The notes under the pieces: model-generated
The model's database searches: none
What the model saw: the letters and a program-made list of their open reading frames with translations, nothing else
What the model was told of the DNA's origin: nothing
IMG/VR virus record: IMGVR_UViG_3300026554_000027
Location: 1 to 47,288 of that record
Direction: 5' to 3' (one strand)
DNA length: 47,288 bases
DNA from: a virus
Position numbers and translations under genes: made by a program
Shown here: positions 11,950-20,690 of the stretch, one piece after another
Numbering within the stretch: position 1 is the stretch's first letter
How the letters are laid out: every line of letters starts with the position of its first letter

Positions 11950-12012
11950 GCGAATTGCGGAATATCTCTGCGGAGACTTCCTGAAAGAGTCGGATGCGTC
12001 TGGCTCTTTTAC
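11950..12012 (+). ncRNA. second candidate small RNA (about 60 nt)
   Basis: Bounded by the extended -10 at 11935..11943 and terminator 11984..12015. No ORF. Confidence 0.25.
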
Positions 12013-12015
12013 TTT
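11984..12015 (+). terminator. intrinsic terminator (diverged duplicate of 11891..11930); may also serve minus-strand ORF 12009..12443
   Basis: Stem AGAGTCGGA / TCTGGCTCT with loop tgcg, followed by ttttactttg. Shares agagtcgg...ggctct with the first terminator. Confidence 0.55.
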
Positions 12016-12443
12016 GTCTTGATTTCTTCCCTGCCGAGGATCATGTCGGTGATTTCTTCCGTGACGATTTCCAGCGTTTCAGACTTGGTTGCGAGAAGCA
12101 CGATCTTCTTCACTTCAAAGATGGGCGTTACAGATTCGATGACACTCATGCCACGACCTGTGCCTTTGTACGCCACGTCAGGTCTATAGACGCAACGAAT
12201 GTAGACTTTATCCGTTGCCTTGTACCTTGCATGGATGGCTACCGCTGTCGCTTTTAACGCAAACAGGCTTATCGGAACAAATGCTTTAGGCGAAAACTCG
12301 TTGCAATAGCTTGCAATCTGGAAATCCGCTCTGGGCACAACGTTTTTGTCCTTGTAGACGTGCTCCGAAAGAACGATGTCGCCTGAAATCCAGCCTTCAA
12401 ATTGGCAGATATTTTCATCTGGGTAGTTCCTGCGCTTTAGCAT
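12009..12443 (-). CDS. hypothetical protein
   Basis: 144-aa ORF. Its ATG overlaps the stop of the HNH gene. Last gene of the RHH-HNH cassette. Confidence 0.6.
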   Translation of the reverse strand: MLKRRNYPDENICQFEGWISGDIVLSEHVYKDKNVVPRADFQIASYCNEFSPKAFVPISLFALKATAVAIHARYKATDKVYIRCVYRPDVAYKGTGRGMSVIESVTPIFEVKKIVLLATKSETLEIVTEEITDMILGREEIKTK

Positions 12444-12946
12444 TGTGGCACCTCGTTTAAGCGAGCAAATTCACCATGCAGCTCCAATGCCAGTTTGTTG
12501 TATGCCATTGCTGCTTCCTCTGCTGTTTTAAAACCGCAAATTCTTTTTGTTTTTCCATATAATGTTACTCTGCACATATAGGTTGGTTTTTCTAGGTGTG
12601 GATTGTTGATGACAACTCCCTTGTAACCGGTTTTTGAATGCCTTTCAGAATTGCACATGTTTTTTGCTTGGTCGCAAATTCTTAAATTTGATCTTCTGTT
12701 GTCTAATTTATCTCTATTTATGTGATCGACGTATGTTTTGTTTCCTTTTTCCAACCCAAAAATAAATCTGTGCATAAGAACTTTTTCTGAATGTTGTTTC
12801 TTGCCTTTTTTGCCAAGAAATTTAGTTCTTGCAACATATCCTTGAGGGCTAACGGTCCAACAATATTTTGAAAGAACCTCATAATCGTCTTCATCAACAC
12901 AAGTATATGGTCCGTTTGAGCACTTAATCCATCTTGGTTCGCTCAT
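12437..12946 (-). CDS. HNH endonuclease with C-terminal AP2 DNA-binding domain
   Basis: YVDHINRDKLDNRRSNLR (HNH_3-like), plus YKGV...YMCRVTLYGKTKRICGFKTAEEAAMAYNKLALELHGEFA (AP2-like). ATG at 12946 has a GGAAAGGG RBS; the track start is TTG. Confidence 0.8.
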   Translation of the reverse strand: MSEPRWIKCSNGPYTCVDEDDYEVLSKYCWTVSPQGYVARTKFLGKKGKKQHSEKVLMHRFIFGLEKGNKTYVDHINRDKLDNRRSNLRICDQAKNMCNSERHSKTGYKGVVINNPHLEKPTYMCRVTLYGKTKRICGFKTAEEAAMAYNKLALELHGEFARLNEVPQC

Positions 12947-13073
12947 TTTTTGCCCTTTCCGCAATCATGCTTTCAATAATCTTTGCCATTGATGTGTGCG
13001 CTTGGTCTGCCCATGCCTCAAGCATCCGCTTCTGTTCCGTTGTAAGTCTAATTTCAAGCCTTTCTGGTTTCAT
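12924..13073 (-). CDS. ribbon-helix-helix DNA-binding protein
   Basis: AAAGGAGG RBS. ERLEIRLTTEQKRMLEAWADQAHTSMAKIIESMI fits the RHH pattern. Confidence 0.55.
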   Translation of the reverse strand: MKPERLEIRLTTEQKRMLEAWADQAHTSMAKIIESMIAERAKNERTKMD

Positions 13074-13095
13074 ATAAAAACCTCCTTTTACGTAC

Positions 13096-13124
13096 ATTGT
13101 AAGCCCTTTACGTAACAAAGTCAA
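13096..13124 (-). promoter_or_regulatory. promoter of the RHH-HNH cassette (TTGACT, 17-nt spacer, TACAAT)
   Basis: On the minus strand: cataTTGACTttgttacgtaaagggctTACAATgtacgtaaaaggagg. Confidence 0.65.
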
Positions 13125-13135
13125 TATGTTATTAT
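13107..13135 (+). promoter_or_regulatory. terL promoter (TTTACG, 17-nt spacer, TGtTATTAT) that places the transcription start at or next to the terL ATG
   Basis: The -10 ends at 13135 and the terL ATG is at 13142 (+7). There is no SD sequence in 13121..13141. Confidence 0.5.
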
Positions 13136-13141
13136 TTAGTC

Positions 13142-14755
13142 ATGGCAAAAAGTTTAGCACCTCTAAGTGAAACATATAAAATTGACATCGATAAACGCTT
13201 TTTCAACAAAGTGTATCTTCCCTATTTAAACGAAATACATCGATTTGAAATATATCTTGGCTCGGCAGGTTCCGGCAAAAGTGCATGGGTGGCCCAAAAA
13301 TTATCTATTCATCTTTCTACTATGCCGGGACGCAATTTGCTTTGTCTTAGAAAACAGGCAAAAGATTGTAGGGATTCTGTATTCAATGAAATGCGCCTCG
13401 CCATGCGCCAGCTTAATTTGCTTGATCTGTGGAAAGTGTCTACTCACCCCGAGCCTCGAATGGTTAATCGGGTGAATGGAAATACGATTATGTTTTCTGG
13501 TCTGGATGACCCGGAAAATCTAAAAAGTATCAAGTTTGAAAACGGAAACCTATGCGACACGTGGGTTGAAGAAGCTACGGAAATAGAAGATATAAACGCA
13601 ATCCGAGAAATCAATCGCCGTATGCGTGACAGAAAACTCAAATCGCGCATTATATTAACTTTTAACCCTGTTTCCAGAACACACTGGCTGTTCAACTTTA
13701 CAACCAAAGAAATGAAAATGCCAGGCGTTGATTCTTTGGTTCTTAAAACAACTTACAAGGACAATGCGTTTTTGCCTGACGACTACATTCAAGAGCTTGA
13801 ACGTTTAAAATATGTCGATCCATTTGCTTACTCTGTATATGCACTCGGTGAATGGGGCGTCATGGGGCAGAGCGTCTTCAACGCGAACAAGGTCAGCGCA
13901 CGCCTTGCAGAGTTGGCATCACTTGAGTACAAGAAGGCAGAATTTTCCTACGAGAAGGATGATATGGGTAGATTTGATCCGAAGTCTACTCGTATTTTTT
14001 ATCATGCGGATGGCGAGACGAAGATATTCAAGGAACCGGAAGAAGGAGTGCCGTATGTCATAGCGTTTGACACGGCTGGCGAGGGTTCTGACTACTATGC
14101 GGCTCATGTGGTGGATAATATCACTGGCGAACAGGTGGCTGTCTATCACTCTGTGCGCGACCCTTCTGACTGCATCATTCAGATATTCGGATTGGGGCAT
14201 TATTACAACTACGCCTTGCTGTGTCCAGAAGTAAACTTTGACTCGTATCCTTTGAAGAAACTATTGGAATGGGGCTACCACAAGATTTATACACGTGAGT
14301 CTGCGGTGGATAGAACTGATTCGATTTACGAGCAGAAGTTAGGGTTCAGGACGACCAGCGCAAACAGGCAACAGATGCTTTCGGAGTTGGTTGAGTGGGT
14401 GAATGAGAACACGCATCTAATCAACGACGCTGATACGCTGAACGAAATGCTTACGTTTACAAGGCAGAGTAGGAAACAAAAGGGTATCTTCTGGGCAGCT
14501 GAAAACGGTGCTAAAGACGATCTCGTGATGGCCGCAGCCATTGTGTTACAAGCACGAGAACAGCAGATTGCATACAAGGTGAAAGCGAAGGTGAAGAAGG
14601 GCGGCGTGTATCTGATGGAAGATATTGAGAAAATGTTTAAGCGTGGCGAGATTAGTTCTGACGAGAAGAAAGAACTGATGAAGATTTCAGCGGATACGTA
14701 TGGTGATTATGGTTCCGCTAAGATGCAAAGGAGCAGTGCAAGGTATGCTAGGTAA
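13142..14755 (+). CDS. terL: terminase large subunit (PBSX/Terminase_3-like)
   Basis: Walker A YLGSAGSGKS, WVEEATE (Walker B-like), FNPVS, and the C-terminal nuclease-type segments AFDTAGEGSDYYAAHVV and GAKDDLVMAAA. 537 aa. Confidence 0.9.
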   Translation: MAKSLAPLSETYKIDIDKRFFNKVYLPYLNEIHRFEIYLGSAGSGKSAWVAQKLSIHLSTMPGRNLLCLRKQAKDCRDSVFNEMRLAMRQLNLLDLWKVSTHPEPRMVNRVNGNTIMFSGLDDPENLKSIKFENGNLCDTWVEEATEIEDINAIREINRRMRDRKLKSRIILTFNPVSRTHWLFNFTTKEMKMPGVDSLVLKTTYKDNAFLPDDYIQELERLKYVDPFAYSVYALGEWGVMGQSVFNANKVSARLAELASLEYKKAEFSYEKDDMGRFDPKSTRIFYHADGETKIFKEPEEGVPYVIAFDTAGEGSDYYAAHVVDNITGEQVAVYHSVRDPSDCIIQIFGLGHYYNYALLCPEVNFDSYPLKKLLEWGYHKIYTRESAVDRTDSIYEQKLGFRTTSANRQQMLSELVEWVNENTHLINDADTLNEMLTFTRQSRKQKGIFWAAENGAKDDLVMAAAIVLQAREQQIAYKVKAKVKKGGVYLMEDIEKMFKRGEISSDEKKELMKISADTYGDYGSAKMQRSSARYAR

Positions 14756-15014
14756 AAGGTTGGCCGAAAAACTAATCCAGCTTATCCATGACAAGAGCAA
14801 CGACACGGAGTATATGCTTGGTGAAATGCAAGCGAGTCAGAACAAACGACTAGATGTAATTGAACAGCTCTTGCGTGATTTGGTAGCTAGGGATACAATG
14901 ACAGGAGAAGTTAAATCTGCCGATTATTACAGGGACAAAACAGGATTGTATTCGTACAAGGCACACGAGAACAAGATGCGCGAGTATTACGACAGGCCAA
15001 GGGACAAGGAGTAA
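14745..15014 (+). CDS. hypothetical protein (between terL and portal)
   Basis: ATG at 14745 with an AAAGGAG upstream. 89 aa. Confidence 0.5.
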   Translation: MLGKRLAEKLIQLIHDKSNDTEYMLGEMQASQNKRLDVIEQLLRDLVARDTMTGEVKSADYYRDKTGLYSYKAHENKMREYYDRPRDKE

Positions 15015-15017
15015 AGG

Positions 15018-16880
15018 ATGCTTCAACCGGAAATCTACGAGGACAAGCTAGAGCAGAAGAACACAAACGTTCCTTTGCAGGACTTGATGGACGATGAACA
15101 GCTTAAGCGTGGGCAGTATTACGCCAATCAGTATCTCATTCGCCGTGGCGAAGTTGAGCAGATGAAGTCGGAGTGGGACGAACTGTGGCGTTTGTACGCT
15201 TGCGAACGCGATCCTGACCCGAATGACCCGAATCTGCCTAATTCGTTTATTCCGTTGATTACGCCTGTTGTCGAAGGACAGGTTGCGGCGATGATGGAAT
15301 CCACGATTGATTTCACTCATGTGACTGACAATCCTGCTCACGAACAGTATATGCGCCAGTTGGACGAAGCATCTGCATGGTTCCGCAGAAAAGGCAACTT
15401 CAACCTGCAAATGAAAGATTTTGCGCGTATGTATGAAGTTCTTGGCGGTGCATGGATTGTTCCGTTGTGGGAAAAGACTCACTCGAAAAAGAAGGGCGTG
15501 CCAAGCGGATACCCTCGCTTTACCGTTCCTCCGATTCAGTCTGTCTTGGTTGATGGTCGAATTAAAGACTACAAGGATTTGCAGAACGCTGAATACATCA
15601 TTCACGAGATTGGCTATCAGTCGATTGGCTGGGCTAGAAAAGAATATGGCGATGACATGGCAGAAGCGTTGGCGGCTGGTTATAACCGTGAAGACGGCGA
15701 AGAACCGATGCAGTCTTATGACGACCGCAATTCGTTCCAATTGCTTCATGTCTGGACTCGTGCCAACGAAAAAGGCAACCTGCAACTGATCGAGATGGAT
15801 GTCAATGGACTGATTCTGCGTGAGTCTGATCCGTCTAAGCCGTACTACGAGAAGGTAGACAACGAGTATCCGTTCTACTTTGCTCGTATGATGCCTAAGC
15901 AGGGCAATTTCTATGGCTATGGTGATGGCAAGATTCTGAAACCGATGCAGTACACCGTGAATCGATTGACCGATGAACTTGAATTGGCGGCTCGTTTCTC
16001 TGCACAGAGCAAGGTTGCGATTGATCCTAAAGGAGAATGCGATGTAGAGCAGTTTAACTCTGATCCTAGCAAGCCTATCATGATTACCAATCCAAACCAG
16101 AACATCCGTGAGTTGCAAGCCGGTGGTATCAACCCTGTCGTGGTGAACATGATTGAGTTCACTTTGCGAGAGGCACAGAGAGCCACACGGTTTGCGGACA
16201 TCATGACCGGTCAGAGCATCGCAGCTTCTTCTACCGCTACTTCAGTCAATGCGCAGATTCAGCAGGGTTCGGTTGGTATCAAGGACAAGAAAACTGATAT
16301 TGCCGAAGCAATGGCATGGGCTGATATGTACGGCATCAAGATGTGTTTGCAGTATTGGAAAGCTCCTTTCTGGGCTAACGTAGTTGGTGAACGTGCAGAG
16401 TTTGTCGATATGCAGGAAATGCGTGAAGCACCTGCCGCCAAACCTCTGTCTGCCGCAAGTGTTTCCAAGATGATTGAAGACAATGTGCCGATTGAAAACC
16501 TGCCGACATTTGAGTTGGTTGAAGATGATGACGGCATTACGACTACCGACTTCGACTTTGCTACTCGTGTTGTGATTGGTCATGGCATTGGTCGTGGCAA
16601 AACTGAAATCTACAACATGGTTATTGGACTTGTCCAGCTTGGTCTTATCACGCCTAAACGTGCCAAAAAACTTTTGGAAGATACACTTGGATTCAAGCTG
16701 TCTACCGATGAAGATGACCGGTTGGAAGCAGAGCAACAGCAAGCATCGATGCAACAGAACGCTTCTCAAATGAATCCTTTAGGCAATCCTAATGTCGTTC
16801 AAAAGCCGGTGCAGATGCCAGCAGAGAATCAGATGTCCACGCCTGGTATTGGCTCAATGGATCGAAGGGTGCTCGCATGA
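15018..16880 (+). CDS. portal protein
   Basis: 620 aa, immediately downstream of terL. Acidic/Q-rich C-terminus. The call rests on size and position. Confidence 0.75.
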   Translation: MLQPEIYEDKLEQKNTNVPLQDLMDDEQLKRGQYYANQYLIRRGEVEQMKSEWDELWRLYACERDPDPNDPNLPNSFIPLITPVVEGQVAAMMESTIDFTHVTDNPAHEQYMRQLDEASAWFRRKGNFNLQMKDFARMYEVLGGAWIVPLWEKTHSKKKGVPSGYPRFTVPPIQSVLVDGRIKDYKDLQNAEYIIHEIGYQSIGWARKEYGDDMAEALAAGYNREDGEEPMQSYDDRNSFQLLHVWTRANEKGNLQLIEMDVNGLILRESDPSKPYYEKVDNEYPFYFARMMPKQGNFYGYGDGKILKPMQYTVNRLTDELELAARFSAQSKVAIDPKGECDVEQFNSDPSKPIMITNPNQNIRELQAGGINPVVVNMIEFTLREAQRATRFADIMTGQSIAASSTATSVNAQIQQGSVGIKDKKTDIAEAMAWADMYGIKMCLQYWKAPFWANVVGERAEFVDMQEMREAPAAKPLSAASVSKMIEDNVPIENLPTFELVEDDDGITTTDFDFATRVVIGHGIGRGKTEIYNMVIGLVQLGLITPKRAKKLLEDTLGFKLSTDEDDRLEAEQQQASMQQNASQMNPLGNPNVVQKPVQMPAENQMSTPGIGSMDRRVLA

Positions 16881-17461
16881 GTCTTGAACATCAAATGATG
16901 GTCAATATGTTTTCCAATCCTGACCCGCATAATGCCGGTGTGTATAATATGCTCCAAAACCTTTATCCGGCGTTTGCCAAGAAAGTGTTTGAAGGAAGTG
17001 GTTTCATTGGGAAACTTGTGCGGATGGGCTACGATTCTTCTGATGTGCTGGATTTTCCTATCTGTGGACGGTGCGAATCGCTGGCGGCACTAGACGGATA
17101 CCATTGGAACGGAAAGCAGTATGTCAACAAATGCACGTGCATGAAAGAAGGTTGCGGTCATACGACTGTCAACCCGATAACTTTCCGTGAGTGGATCAGG
17201 GATGAGATAAAGCACAAGGCTCCGAAAGAAGTCATAGATCAATTGGACGATTTGCTTGATATGGCCGTAGACCTCTATGCCAAGCAGATGATGGCGAAAG
17301 CAGAGCGAGATTTGACCGAGGCGTTGGCACTGAAAAACGGTGCGATACGTCAAGCAGGAAGCATCATAATGCCGGATGGCGAAACTCATGTTGTTCCTGC
17401 AAAGATTTCCATCAACGAGTTTTCCATGTCAGACAAAGATTTCAAACAAACGTTGGATTGA
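16877..17461 (+). CDS. hypothetical head-module protein with a Cys cluster
   Basis: ATGA coupling to the portal gene. Contains CGRCES...CTCMKEGCGH. Confidence 0.6.
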   Translation: MSLEHQMMVNMFSNPDPHNAGVYNMLQNLYPAFAKKVFEGSGFIGKLVRMGYDSSDVLDFPICGRCESLAALDGYHWNGKQYVNKCTCMKEGCGHTTVNPITFREWIRDEIKHKAPKEVIDQLDDLLDMAVDLYAKQMMAKAERDLTEALALKNGAIRQAGSIIMPDGETHVVPAKISINEFSMSDKDFKQTLD

Positions 17462-17470
17462 GAGGTTTCC

Positions 17471-18094
17471 ATGTACGACAAAGTAAAAAACCGAATCACA
17501 ATGCCGCATACCATTCCTATGCCGATTCTTGATGGCAAGAAGTACACCATGAACGACATCAACGGTGGCACGACTAGAATTGCAGACCTGAATATTCCAA
17601 CCAACACTTTCTGGGGAGGCAACGTCCTTGTTGTTGGCATGGTAAATGAGCTTGGGTTCTATGCCTGTCCTAGCCGATACGACAACAGTATTCAGGGTTT
17701 CTACATCCACGATGGCACAAAGGTGACTGAAAAGGGCAAGGCTTTGCTGGCCAAGAGATTCCCTGGCATCGAGATCGTGTACGAACCTGTTTCAGATGAG
17801 GTCACTCCGGAAGAAGCAGAACACTTGAAAGAGTTGCGTGCAGAAGCGATCAAGGTTGGTGTTGCATCACAGCAAATTACGCAGGTATCTGCCAAGGAGC
17901 TTGAAGGACTGATTCGTGCAATGGCTAGTGGAATCAATCAGGCAAATGTTGTTGAAACGGAATCCTTGACTGTCGAGCCTTACTCAACCGAGATGGTTCA
18001 CGTGGACAACAGCGGTAACGAGCGTGTTTCAAAAGAAGATCGTGATATAATGGAACAACGTTCGACAAGGCGTGCAAGGAAGTTTGAAGTCTGA
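17471..18094 (+). CDS. hypothetical head-module protein
   Basis: 207-aa ORF with GAGAGG RBS. Confidence 0.6.
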   Translation: MYDKVKNRITMPHTIPMPILDGKKYTMNDINGGTTRIADLNIPTNTFWGGNVLVVGMVNELGFYACPSRYDNSIQGFYIHDGTKVTEKGKALLAKRFPGIEIVYEPVSDEVTPEEAEHLKELRAEAIKVGVASQQITQVSAKELEGLIRAMASGINQANVVETESLTVEPYSTEMVHVDNSGNERVSKEDRDIMEQRSTRRARKFEV

Positions 18095-18203
18095 TTTGCG
18101 CCCTGTGATAGTATGTATATGAGAGTTTTGACTCTTTAGGAGCTGGCAAAGAGCTTTGATCTTTGTAATATGAGTCGCCGGACTTTAATCACGGAGGAAT
18201 GTT

Positions 18204-18998
18204 ATGGACAAAAAGAACCTTGAAAATCTCGAAAATGACGATGTACTGGAAGCACTTCGGAAACTTGGTGTTGTGGATGAAGGTGAGGAAGAAGTAGCCG
18301 AACCGGACGAGAAGCAGGACGGAGAAACAAGTGACGAAGTGACTACAGATGAAGATTCTGACATTGAAGAATCGACAGAGGACGAATCCGATGTAGTTGA
18401 ACCGCAGACCAAAACATTGTCTAAAGAGGAAAAGGCAATCCTCGCCTTGAAAAAGGAACTGAAACTAGCCAAGCAACTACTCAAGGAAAAAGCAGACGAG
18501 TCAGAACGGGTTGCATCTGAACAGCGCAAGGCCAACGTGATTCAGAGCTACAAGGACAAAGGCTATGACGAAGAAACAGCCGTCCTGTACGCCAACAACG
18601 AACTCAAAATGAAAGTCCTTGAAGAAAAGCTGGCAGTCACAGAGTTCAAAGAGGAAAATGCCGAGGTTCTCGCCAAGTATCCAGAAGCGAAGAGCGATCT
18701 TAAATGGCTGATGGATGCTGTGGAAAAAACTGGTCTTAGTGCCGAACAACTTTGCCGTGGCAAATACGGTGACTCCATGAACAAGTCAGACCGTAGAGCC
18801 GATGACGCTATGAGGGGCAGGATAGATGACTCTATCGAAGATGTTGCAAGCTCCGCAATCCGTAGCGCGAACCGCCAAGTTGAACAGTCTTTGACCGAAT
18901 CAGACCGCAGGAATAAAACGCAGTTGGAGAAGCTATCCGGCGTGAAAATCTCCACAAAAGACTACTTGAACTACTACAAGAAGAATTTCAAATTGTAA
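18204..18998 (+). CDS. scaffolding protein (putative)
   Basis: Acidic, helical, E/K-rich 264-aa protein encoded just upstream of the capsid gene. Confidence 0.6.
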   Translation: MDKKNLENLENDDVLEALRKLGVVDEGEEEVAEPDEKQDGETSDEVTTDEDSDIEESTEDESDVVEPQTKTLSKEEKAILALKKELKLAKQLLKEKADESERVASEQRKANVIQSYKDKGYDEETAVLYANNELKMKVLEEKLAVTEFKEENAEVLAKYPEAKSDLKWLMDAVEKTGLSAEQLCRGKYGDSMNKSDRRADDAMRGRIDDSIEDVASSAIRSANRQVEQSLTESDRRNKTQLEKLSGVKISTKDYLNYYKKNFKL

Positions 18999-19013
18999 GA
19001 AAGGAACACAATT

Positions 19014-19433
19014 ATGAAAGTTGTAACTCCTACCAATAGCCCCGTTATCCCGTTTTACGTGGGTACTGGCGGCGTTCTAAAAGGTCAGCTTGCCATGGTT
19101 TCGTCTAACACCGCCATTGATGCTGCCGAAGGTCAGTCTACCGCCGTTCTGATTGGTATTGCCCAGGACGACTATGATGCCTCAGAAGTCGGTTATTTTG
19201 AAGACATCCGTGGCGCTCTCGTTGAACTGCCTATCTATCAGGGTGGTGCTACAGATACTTTTGCCGCCGCTGACATTGGCAAAGCTTTTGACATCTATGT
19301 TGATGGCACGTCCGGTGAGATGTACATTGACCCGAATGACACGACCGGTGCTATGGCCGTCGTCTACTCCTACAACAATGACAAACAGACTGCTATCGTG
19401 CGCTTCCTCAGTGCATTGATCTATCTGGCATAA
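19014..19433 (+). CDS. putative head decoration/cement protein (DUF2190-like)
   Basis: 139 aa, G/A/V-rich, beta-type sequence, located between scaffold and capsid. The family call is from memory of the pattern only. Confidence 0.4.
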   Translation: MKVVTPTNSPVIPFYVGTGGVLKGQLAMVSSNTAIDAAEGQSTAVLIGIAQDDYDASEVGYFEDIRGALVELPIYQGGATDTFAAADIGKAFDIYVDGTSGEMYIDPNDTTGAMAVVYSYNNDKQTAIVRFLSALIYLA

Positions 19434-19453
19434 CGAAAGGAAGGTAAAACACT

Positions 19454-20380
19454 ATGGCTGGTACTTATGTTTCTGATCTCGGCAATCTGCTGTATGCAGG
19501 ACTTGATGCCGTTTTCAACTCCGCTTTGAAAGCACCTCGACAGACCTACTACAAGAACATCGTCCACCAGAAATCCGTTGGCAAGAAGTATGGCTGGTAT
19601 GAAACCATCGGTGCGATGGGTGCCGCCTACGAGAAACTTGATGGTGCGGCATACACCTTCGACAAAATCGAAGATGGTGCGAAAACTACCATCACCAATA
19701 AAGAGTATGCCAAGGGCGTTGAAGCAACTCGTCAGGCTCTGAAATATGACCTGTACAGCACTTTGCAGAAAACCTTTGGTGCTCCGCTCGTTTCCCGTCT
19801 TGTTCAGCTCAAAGAAAAAGCCGTTGCCGATGCTTACAACGATGGCTTTACCAACACTGGTGCTGACGGCGTTGCAATCTTCTCCAACTCTCATCCGTTG
19901 CAGAACGATCCTGCCAAACTGAATGACAACCTTGCGTCCGGTGCTCTGACCCCTGATAACCTGATTGCCGCAAAGAACATGTTCAATGCGATCTACGATC
20001 AGGGTGGTGAGTTCTTTGACACCATGCCGACTCATCTGCTGATCCATCCGAACAAAAAGTATCTGGCTCTCCAGATTCTGATGTCTAACCTGATGGCTCT
20101 TGAGCTGTCGAACACCAAGAACGTTGTTCAGGATGTTATGCCTGTCAAACTGATCGAGAACAAGTACATCGACTACAATACCTCGACTGGCGTTTCCCCG
20201 TGGTTCCTTATCGACATGACCCTGACCGATGCTGGCTGTGTCCTGCAACAGGAAGGTGGCACGGAACTCAAAACGTGGGAAGACAACAACACCGGAAATC
20301 TCCGTGGCGTTGCCCGAGAGGATTGGGGTGTCGGTTTCTGTAGCCCAGGTTACGGCGTTGTTGCCTCTAGTGGTTCCTGA
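19454..20380 (+). CDS. major capsid protein
   Basis: 308 aa, strong RBS, followed by a strong terminator. Position is after the scaffold gene. Confidence 0.75.
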   Translation: MAGTYVSDLGNLLYAGLDAVFNSALKAPRQTYYKNIVHQKSVGKKYGWYETIGAMGAAYEKLDGAAYTFDKIEDGAKTTITNKEYAKGVEATRQALKYDLYSTLQKTFGAPLVSRLVQLKEKAVADAYNDGFTNTGADGVAIFSNSHPLQNDPAKLNDNLASGALTPDNLIAAKNMFNAIYDQGGEFFDTMPTHLLIHPNKKYLALQILMSNLMALELSNTKNVVQDVMPVKLIENKYIDYNTSTGVSPWFLIDMTLTDAGCVLQQEGGTELKTWEDNNTGNLRGVAREDWGVGFCSPGYGVVASSGS

Positions 20381-20401
20381 TCCTAGCTAATCCAAAGTCT
20401 T

Positions 20402-20438
20402 AAGGGGAGCGGAGAGCGATCTCCCTCCCTTTATTTTT
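20402..20438 (+). terminator. intrinsic terminator after the capsid gene
   Basis: GGGGAG(c)GGAGA-gcga-TCTCCCTCCC stem followed by tttattttt. Confidence 0.75.
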
Positions 20439-20455
20439 AGAAAAGGAGAATCTTT

Positions 20456-20668
20456 ATGGGATATATCGATCCTATCAAGCCTACTGCTGACAGTGATTCT
20501 GTTGCTTATGGCACACAAGGCTCGCACGTTGCAGATGCAAAGGTCACCTATGCGACTGGCGATCTTGACGCAGAAGCGGAAATCATCGCGGCTTTCAACA
20601 CGACCAACGGCAAAATCAATAGCATCCTTGCGATCCTTGAAGAATTTGGCTTGCTTGCCAGTTCCTAA
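20456..20668 (+). CDS. small virion-module protein (70 aa)
   Basis: AAAGGAGA RBS. Bracketed by two terminators. Confidence 0.6.
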   Translation: MGYIDPIKPTADSDSVAYGTQGSHVADAKVTYATGDLDAEAEIIAAFNTTNGKINSILAILEEFGLLASS

Positions 20669-20690
20669 GATTTGCGTGATGTGCTAAACT

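Noticed and set aside
15048-16118. 356-aa minus-strand ORF, plus other long antisense ORFs such as 19421..20248, 16242..16769, 29482..29982 and 32107..32652
   Set aside because: They lie entirely inside, and antisense to, well-supported structural genes (portal, capsid, giant virion protein). They have no RBS and low-complexity, R/L/I/F-rich composition. These are shadow ORFs.
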